From Bacteroidales bacterium (GTDB lineage Bacteria; Bacteroidota; Bacteroidia; Bacteroidales; GCA-2748055), in assembly GCA_040903745.1 (NCBI GenBank), contig JBBDUV010000047.1:72977-136976 (forward strand): a stretch of DNA of 64,000 nt. Direction: 5' to 3'. The position numbers were made by a program, and so were the translations under genes. Within the stretch, counting starts at the first letter, position 1, and each line of letters opens with the position of its first letter. The notes under the pieces were generated by a model. It was not told the origin of the DNA and searched no databases. It saw only the letters and a program-made list of their open reading frames with translations. Below, one piece after another: positions 57,577 through 64,000 of this stretch.

Positions 57577-58860
57577 CTATAGTTTATCGGCATTGGTCAT
57601 CAGATAGGCTTCCGCTTCGACGCTCCATAGTCCTTTGTGGTTGTTGCAGATCTCGTTCAGTTTGGCATATACCGGGTTGGTTTTGCCCAGCTCGCCGAAC
57701 TCTGAGAACGGAGTGAGCGGCATCTCAATGTGGTTGTAGATCAGCTTCTTTCCACCAGGAATTTCCGGAAGCCTTAGCGTAGTATCGATCACGGCATTGA
57801 TCCCCCCGATATGGGTTACCAGTCCGGCCGGATCGAGTCCCTCGTTAAAATACTCCAATGCTTCCTGCATGTCATCGTTGTTCCCTCCCGAAGTGCCAAC
57901 GATATGGGTGAACTGGTAGTGCACCCTGTAGAAATTCATTTTGGCCGAAAACTCCGGATCCGCCGGTCCTGCGAAAAAGTTCAGGCAACCGTCCTGTCCC
58001 AGGATATTATCCGCCTGTTCGATCAGCGCCGGTACCGGTGCAAATACAAACACATCGTCGTACCCCTTGTCACCAGTAAGCTTCATCAGCTCCGCCTCCG
58101 GATCTTCGCAATCTTTCGTGTTCATATACACCAGCTGAATATTGTTTTTTGCAGCCTGATCAATGGTATAAAGCTTTGCAGCACGGTCGAGCCGCTCCTG
58201 GTCGATATCCGTCACCACCAGCAGTCCGGGTTGCCGGTCTTTTCGGTTGATCGCGAAATTGATGGCCGCGAGTCCCATGGGACCGACACCGGCCAGGATC
58301 GCCATGTTACCGCCCTGCACGATCTCCATCTTGTGGATATAGGATCCCTGTTTGGTATGGTAGTTGGCATGCATGGCACCGATGACACATGAGAGCGGTT
58401 CGGCGAGTGAGGCGGGGTAGTATCCTTCGCCATTGTAGGGCAGCAGGCAGTCCTGCTCCATTACTTCGGATGGGATGATTACATAGGTGGCATCGCCTCC
58501 GATGAATTTATAGGAGTATCCCGGGGCGCTCAGTATTCCGACCGGCCCGTCCTCGTAGTTCAGCGCTGGCTGAATAGAGAATTTATCGCCCGGCTTGAAT
58601 TGTCCCGTCCATTTGGCACCCACCTCCACCAGCTCGCCGGCGAATTCATGACCGATCATGATCGGCTCTTCGGCCACATTGTCGGGAATACGCTTGTGGG
58701 CCGGTCCCTGTGTGGCGGCTTTGTAGGATGACATGCAGATGGAGTCGCACACCACCTTTGCCAGGATCTCATTCTCTTTGATTTGCGGAAGTTCAAACTC
58801 TTCGAGTCGGAGGTCTTCAGCTCCATATAAACGTACTGCTTTTGTAATCACATTTTTCAA
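57577..58860 (-). CDS. Zinc-binding medium-chain dehydrogenase/reductase (sorbose-1-phosphate reductase-like)
   Basis: The motifs are the GroES-like N-domain CDSICMSSYK...GHEFAGELVEVG and the Rossmann motif LAGVGPMGLAA. The length is 427 aa. Confidence 0.75.
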   Translation of the reverse strand: MKNVITKAVRLYGAEDLRLEEFELPQIKENEILAKVVCDSICMSSYKAATQGPAHKRIPDNVAEEPIMIGHEFAGELVEVGAKWTGQFKPGDKFSIQPALNYEDGPVGILSAPGYSYKFIGGDATYVIIPSEVMEQDCLLPYNGEGYYPASLAEPLSCVIGAMHANYHTKQGSYIHKMEIVQGGNMAILAGVGPMGLAAINFAINRKDRQPGLLVVTDIDQERLDRAAKLYTIDQAAKNNIQLVYMNTKDCEDPEAELMKLTGDKGYDDVFVFAPVPALIEQADNILGQDGCLNFFAGPADPEFSAKMNFYRVHYQFTHIVGTSGGNNDDMQEALEYFNEGLDPAGLVTHIGGINAVIDTTLRLPEIPGGKKLIYNHIEMPLTPFSEFGELGKTNPVYAKLNEICNNHKGLWSVEAEAYLMTNADKL

Positions 58861-58956
58861 TTTCTGGTGCGCTTATTTAATCTTCATCAGCTGCGTTACG
58901 CTTGATTTCAAAACAGTCATTTACCTTTAGTAAACTCCTGTTTTTCAGTCTAAACC

Positions 58957-60331
58957 CTACACCCCAAATTTAGCCCGTCGCATCTTCTCTTCTCTACTAA
59001 CATTATTGGTCACCGTATGGTTCTCCAGCGGGAGAATCTTTTCATGGATCGCGTCGATGATCCATGACGACTGCGGGAAGAAGTAGTCCTCCAACTCGTA
59101 GGCGGGGGTGATCCAGTTCCTCGATCCGACCACCACCGGCGGTGCATCGAGGTCGTCGAACGCCAGTTCGGCGATGTTCTGTGCGATATCCTTCAGGTAG
59201 GAGCCCCTTTCCGAGGCGTCGCTTACCAGCAGAATCCGGCCGCTCTTTTTTAGCGATCTGCTGTACGCGTGGGTTCTCCTCCATCGGGTGGTTCACCTCC
59301 GGTTCGCGGTCATCCATGCGGTCGACCGACTCATTGGAGAACATCATCTCACCGATCAGTTCGGGGTATTTGATCATGTCCATCCGAGGGGAGATGTTGT
59401 CGTCGATGGACAGCTTCATCGTGCTGGTTACGAGCGATTTGATCTCCGCCTGTATCTTTTGCAGCTTGTTTTCCGTGGCGATGCCGTTTTTCGTGAGCTC
59501 TGCACCGAAGCTGATGATCGAGTCCTGGTTCTGCCACGCCTCAACCTCCTCTTTCGAGCGGTAGGAGGAGGCGTCGGAGGGTGAGTGACCACTGAACCGG
59601 TATGTGAGCACATCGAGCAGTACCGGACCCTTTTTCTCTTTCAGGATCTCCATTTTGCGCCGGTAAGCGTCGATCACCGCGAGCGGGTTGTATCCGTCGA
59701 CCCGTTCCGCGTGCATGTTTTCCCTGTTCACACCGGCAGCGACGCGGGCAGCGATATCGTAACCCATCGTTTCGCCGGCTGTCTGTCCGCCCATGCCGTA
59801 CATATTGTTCATGATGTTGAAGATCTCGGCGAGGGTGCCGTAGAGGAGGAATTTGATGGCCAGCGATTTTGTATTGCCTTTGTGGCCCTTTTCGACGATC
59901 GACAGGATGCGGCCGTCGAAGAATGTTTTCATGGTGTGCATCAGCGCTTTATCATCCATCGAGTGTATGGCTGAAAGCCCTTTGGCGAGGATCTCGCCAT
60001 GCGAGCGGTGGGAGCCGAAGATGTAGTCCTGCTCGTTGAGGAGGTATGCCATTCCGACGGCGGCGGCTTTCTGACCGATGGAGAGGTGTGCGGGGCCGGG
60101 ATGGTTGTAGGACAGACCGTTGTACTCGCCGGTGGTTTTGATGAGATTGAACATCGTCTCGAATTCGCGGATCACCGCCATATCGTGGTAGATGCGCACG
60201 AAGTCGGTCTTGTTGAAGTTTTTCGACTCCTCCTTGATTGATTTTTTGTATTGGTTGACGGGGATCGGCGGGATCTTCAGCATGGAGGCTTTTCTGAGAT
60301 CTTTCGGGTTGATAAACTGTGCTTTAGGCAT
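58957..60331 (-). pseudogene. 2-oxoacid dehydrogenase E1 alpha/beta fusion gene, internally deleted and frameshifted
   Basis: The alpha part (GPAHLSIGQKAAAVG, YIFGSHRSHG, NNMYGMGGQT, YRFSGHS) lacks GGSMH and the GDG half of the TPP motif. At the T6/A6 run at 59246-59251 homology moves to another frame. That frame encodes only the E1-beta C-terminus: KKSGRILLVSDASERGSYLKDIAQNIAELAFDDLDAPPVVVGS... Confidence 0.6.
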
Positions 60332-60357
60332 AATTGGAATATTTAATTTTGTTTGTT

Positions 60358-61914
60358 TTAAAGGAGTTCCATATTGAAATTCTCGATCTCATATTTTATA
60401 TCGGCCAGGAACTTTGTTGCCGGTCCGCCATCGAGTGCCCTGTGGTCGTACGTGAGTGACAGTCCGATGAACGGCACAAATCCGAATGTCCCATCGTCGA
60501 GCGGTGCCGGGCGGTGGATGATCGTGTTGACCCCGAGGATGGCCGCTTGCGGCACGTTGATGATCGGGGTGAACATCTCCACACCGTAGTTTCCGAGGTT
60601 AGAGATGGTGAACGAAGCCGCGGTGCTTGCAAGCAGGTCGGGATCGACATTCCCGTTGCGGCAGCTGTCGGCCAGCGCTTTCAGCTGTGATGAGAGACCG
60701 GTCAGCGACAGGTCGCTCGCGTTGCGCAGCGCCGGCACCATCAGTCCCCGTTCCGTATCGACCGCCAGTCCGAGGTGCACGTTCCTGAATTTTCGCACTG
60801 TGTCGCCCAGGAAATGAGCATTGGCATCGGGATTTTTCTCCAGCGCCCTGATGGTGGCAAAGCTGATCATATCGTTGAGGGTGATATTGTGTGTGTACCC
60901 CTCTTTCTGCATGGCTTTCACCTTGTTGCGCAGCTGCAGGATTTTTCTTGCATCGGCGCTCAGGTGGTGGGTAAGCTGCGCGGTATTCTGCAGCGAGCTG
61001 TACATCGCTTTTGCGATGAGTTTGCGCATGTTGGACAGTTTGGCATCTTCGAAGGCGTTGCCGTAAGCAGAGCTTCCTGCCGCTTTCATTGCGTCGTAGT
61101 TCACCGGTTCCGCTTGTGCGGCTGCCTCACGGCTGATCGCGGTATCGGCCGGTGCGGCGGTTGTGGGGGAGGCTGCTGCTGTTGCGTCTGCTCCTGCTCC
61201 TGTAGTTCCGGAGGATCCTGCAGTTGCCGGTTGCGCAGTTCCAGATTCGATGGCCTGTTCGATATCGCGAACGATGATTCGACCGTGCGGACCCGTACCT
61301 GCGATGGAATCGTAGGATACTGATTTCGCTTCGGCCAGTTTCTTCGCCCTTGGGGAGATGATGATTCGTCCGTCGCGGGTTGTGGCTGCGGCTCCTGTTC
61401 CCGCTGGGCCGGCATTTGCCGAAGCTTCAGTGGCTGCTCCTGTTGTCTGCGTTGAAGCAGCTGTTCCGGCAGTCGCTGCATTGGTTGTAGTTTCCGATGC
61501 TGCACCCTGACCGGTCTCTGCTGCCGCGGGCGGCTGTTGCGGGGAGGTGGGTGTAGCGGCCTGTGGCGCAGTGTTGGCTGCGGTGCCATCGGGCGTTCCT
61601 CCGGATACCTTAGAAGACTTTGCAGACGATTCGCTTGTGGTTGCTCCTTCGGGAAGGAACGCGGATGTGTCGTCGCCCTCGTTGCCGATGACGGCCACGT
61701 TGGTGAGCACGGGGACCTCATCGCCCGTTGCGTAAAACACATCGAGGAGGATGCCGTCGGCTTGCGCCTCCTCTTCGAACGATGCCTTGTCGGTTTCGTA
61801 GGCGAACAAAAGATCGCCTTTGGAAACCTGGTCGCCTTTGGATTTGTACCATTCTGTGATGATACAGCTTTCAACTGATTGCCCCTGTTTCGGCATAAGT
61901 ACCGGTTCTGCCAT
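60358..61914 (-). CDS. Dihydrolipoamide acyltransferase (E2) of a 2-oxoacid dehydrogenase complex
   Basis: The lipoyl domain reads LFAYETDKASFEEEA. Long Ala/Thr/Pro linkers follow. The E3-binding domain reads ISPRAKKLAEAKSVSYDSIAGTGPHGRIIVRDIE. The catalytic motif is DHRALDGG. Confidence 0.85.
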   Translation of the reverse strand: MAEPVLMPKQGQSVESCIITEWYKSKGDQVSKGDLLFAYETDKASFEEEAQADGILLDVFYATGDEVPVLTNVAVIGNEGDDTSAFLPEGATTSESSAKSSKVSGGTPDGTAANTAPQAATPTSPQQPPAAAETGQGAASETTTNAATAGTAASTQTTGAATEASANAGPAGTGAAATTRDGRIIISPRAKKLAEAKSVSYDSIAGTGPHGRIIVRDIEQAIESGTAQPATAGSSGTTGAGADATAAASPTTAAPADTAISREAAAQAEPVNYDAMKAAGSSAYGNAFEDAKLSNMRKLIAKAMYSSLQNTAQLTHHLSADARKILQLRNKVKAMQKEGYTHNITLNDMISFATIRALEKNPDANAHFLGDTVRKFRNVHLGLAVDTERGLMVPALRNASDLSLTGLSSQLKALADSCRNGNVDPDLLASTAASFTISNLGNYGVEMFTPIINVPQAAILGVNTIIHRPAPLDDGTFGFVPFIGLSLTYDHRALDGGPATKFLADIKYEIENFNMELL

Positions 61915-62255
61915 GGTATGTTTATTTTTTATGCTTAATTGTTAACATATAAATACAAGTTGATGAAAAGATAAACAAATAGTCATTAAAAACAAAGAAA
62001 AATGATAATATGTATATACAAGTATAACAATTGTTTAATACAACATTCTTGTTTTTCAGATATTTGGTTTAACTTTGGAGCGAATGGAGAGGTGAACGGT
62101 TGGCTGAAAGAATTTTTTTAGGGAGTTGGTGCTTCCAGGATTTGGGACGGGTGCTATAAGAAATGGATGGTTGGCTGATATGATACATTGGTGATGGGAT
62201 TTTTTGGGAGTTGAATGTAACAGGATTTAAAAAAACGAGTTAGAAGCTGGTTGAT

Positions 62256-62963
62256 ATGAACAGGATACCACAATACAGGTTGGTGTATGAGACGTTGCGC
62301 AAGCACATCGGGGATGGTGTGTACGGCGAGGGTGACCTGTTGCCGTCGGAGAATGAGTTGTGTGTGTTGCATGGGGTGACGCGGCCAACGGTGCGGAAGG
62401 CGCTGGACAGGTTGCTGAATGAGGGGTATATTAAGAAGCAGCAGGGGAAGGGGAGCATTGTTCGCGGCAGGCCGAAGGGGGTGGGGATCTTGTCGATTAC
62501 CGGAACGACGTCGGCGATCGGGGAGGAGAAGCTGCAGACGCGGATCATTGTGAAACCGGAGTTGCGGCGGTTTGAGCAGGCGTTTAACTATGAGTTGTCG
62601 GAGCTGGAGCGGGAGTCGGGCTGCATCTATTTTGAGCGGTTGCGGCTGGTGAACGGGAAGCCGGTGTTTTATGATATTACGATTTTACCGAACATTAATC
62701 TGCCCAGGTTTTTGTCGCGCAATATGGAGAACCATTCGCTGTTTGATGTGTTGCGGAAGCAGTATCAGCTGGAGGTGACGGGCGGGGAGCAGCAGATGCT
62801 GGCGAAGTTGCCCGATAAGAACTTGCAGAAGCATTTTGGCGTTGGACCGCGCCATCCGATCATCCAGCTGAACCGCAAGCTGGAGACCAACCGCATGAAC
62901 TACTTCTTTTACAGTCAGGTTTCCTGCAATACCGATGAGTATGTGTTGGAGGGGGAGATATAA
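62256..62963 (+). CDS. GntR family transcriptional regulator (HutC subfamily, UTRA domain)
   Basis: The winged-helix motif reads GDLLPSENELCVLHGVTRPTVRKALDRLLNEGYIKKQQGKGSIV. The effector domain is UTRA-like. Confidence 0.85.
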   Translation: MNRIPQYRLVYETLRKHIGDGVYGEGDLLPSENELCVLHGVTRPTVRKALDRLLNEGYIKKQQGKGSIVRGRPKGVGILSITGTTSAIGEEKLQTRIIVKPELRRFEQAFNYELSELERESGCIYFERLRLVNGKPVFYDITILPNINLPRFLSRNMENHSLFDVLRKQYQLEVTGGEQQMLAKLPDKNLQKHFGVGPRHPIIQLNRKLETNRMNYFFYSQVSCNTDEYVLEGEI

Positions 62964-63364
62964 GGAGGGGCGGATCCGGAGTAACCGGCAACTCGACCTC
63001 TTTCCATTGATGCTCAGTTTCTTATCGTCGACAGACTGTCTTTATTTACCGACAGACATTTATTTACCATCGAGAAGGAGTCGTTTTATAATGATAACGG
63101 TTGAGACTTTGTAAAGAGCAGTATGTTTGGATTTGTGTATCATATATAGCTAAAACACTTTGGATATGTGTATGGTAATCTCAATATTTACTTTGGATTT
63201 GTGCAACAACAGTTGTTTGTTATTTTAGATATCCAATCCAAAGATCGACGATTTTGAAGACTGTCTTGAGTACTATGCTGTATTAGATGCGGGTAGTAAC
63301 ATTATCATAACAGCAGTCAGGGGCGATTCCCGGTTTTTTGAACTTTTCTCCCGTCAGGGTGTAT

Positions 63365-63392
63365 ATACATACATACATACATACATACATAC
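63365..63392. repeat. (ATAC)7 tetranucleotide microsatellite
   Basis: Read directly, 53 nt upstream of the ATG at 63445. Confidence 0.95.
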
Positions 63393-63444
63393 AGACAGCA
63401 AACTGCATATTCTGACTGTGACATGCATTAATAATTGTTGTCTT

Positions 63445-64000
63445 ATGAATCGATTCAATATACAAACAACTTTACCAGTTGTTTTTTTTGTCCTGTTTTC
63501 TGTTTTGAATTTCACAGGGTGCAGGCAGGATAGCAAGAATGCTGTTAGCAAAAAAACGGAACATGGTGTCGCCATGGATTCAATCCAGGCATGTTGCGCA
63601 GCTCTCCCCGACAGGCCCTATCTGAGCGGGATTCCGGATAAAACCGGTACCGGTGTCAGCCGCGGGCATGCAACGCCGGAGGGCATGGTCTACATCCCCG
63701 GCGGTATATTTGTCATGGGGGGTGATTCTGTCTGGGGACAAACCGACGAATTTCCGCTGCATAAAGTGCAGGTCTCGCCGTTCTATATGGACCGACACGA
63801 GGTAACCAATGCACAGTTCGGTGAATTTGTGGAAGCGACAGGGTATGTTACTACTGCTGAACGCAAGCCAGACTGGGAGGAGATCAGGAAACAACTTCCA
63901 CCCGGAACACCGCGACCCGATGAGGAGTTTCTTACTGCCGCCTCCCTCGTCTTTGTGCCACCCGATCACCCCGTTCCGTTCAATAATGTCGCTGCCTGGT
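63445..64000 (+). CDS. Formylglycine-generating enzyme (SUMF1/FGE-sulfatase domain) family lipoprotein, 3' end outside window
   Basis: It is missing from the ORF track because it has no stop inside the window. The N-terminus is MNRFNIQTTLPVVFFVLFSVLNFTGC, and the motif MVYIPGGIFVMGGDS...FPLHKVQVSPFYMDRHEVTNAQFGEFVEATGY is present. Confidence 0.75.
   Translation, partial: MNRFNIQTTLPVVFFVLFSVLNFTGCRQDSKNAVSKKTEHGVAMDSIQACCAALPDRPYLSGIPDKTGTGVSRGHATPEGMVYIPGGIFVMGGDSVWGQTDEFPLHKVQVSPFYMDRHEVTNAQFGEFVEATGYVTTAERKPDWEEIRKQLPPGTPRPDEEFLTAASLVFVPPDHPVPFNNVAAW

Noticed and set aside
60775-61874. Alternative-frame ORFs (182 aa, 257 aa, 113 aa) within the E2 gene
   Set aside because: They arise from the GC-rich Ala/Thr/Pro linker-coding region. 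The E2 frame contains the lipoyl, E3-binding and DHRALDGG catalytic motifs.
63580-63969. 129-aa minus-strand ORF at the window end
   Set aside because: The plus strand over the same bases encodes an FGE/SUMF1-type protein with a lipoprotein signal. That ORF has no stop inside the window, which explains its absence from the track.

Overview
The window reads as a Bacteroidota chromosome. Supporting signs are TAnnTTTG -7 promoter boxes, a T9SS C-terminal sorting domain, Cys lipoproteins with acidic export signals, and the GWxTD, DUF3127, 7TMR-DISM and DUF4465 families. I call about 55 protein genes, no rRNA or tRNA, no CRISPR array and no complete mobile element. All calls rest on motif recognition by eye; nothing was computed or searched.

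Main blocks:
- 2.1-7.7 kb: one apparent operon joining an ECF-type Ni/Co importer to larE-larB-larC, with no larA in the window.
- 9.3-15.5 kb: an AT-rich module with an ECF sigma factor, a TPR-CHAT caspase-like protease, an unannotated 45-aa GG-leader peptide gene, an anti-sigma-like TPR protein and a degenerate histidine kinase. Short inverted repeats bracket part of it.
- 17.8-19.1 kb: a lone integrase-like gene that lacks the catalytic Tyr.
- 35.1-41.8 kb: an AT-rich signalling island with a GntR regulator, a 1069-aa sensor kinase, a REC protein and a hybrid kinase. It sits between an Rrf2 gene remnant and an intact Rrf2 gene. The kinase periplasmic part is built of five helical repeats, holds a perfect 645-bp internal duplication and carries an in-frame G11 tract.
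- 45.7-52.6 kb: a cobalamin-riboswitch-controlled operon of DUF4465/T9SS protein, BtuB-like receptor and BtuG-like lipoprotein. REP-like hairpins are nested inside the riboswitch, and the receptor carries a long low-complexity insert.
- Decayed genes: a truncated GH2 beta-galactosidase and an internally deleted E1 alpha/beta dehydrogenase.
- Two families of dispersed REP-like palindromic repeats and several microsatellites next to promoters.

I consider the 35-42 kb island and the sigma/TPR-CHAT/GG-peptide module the best candidates for undescribed biology.
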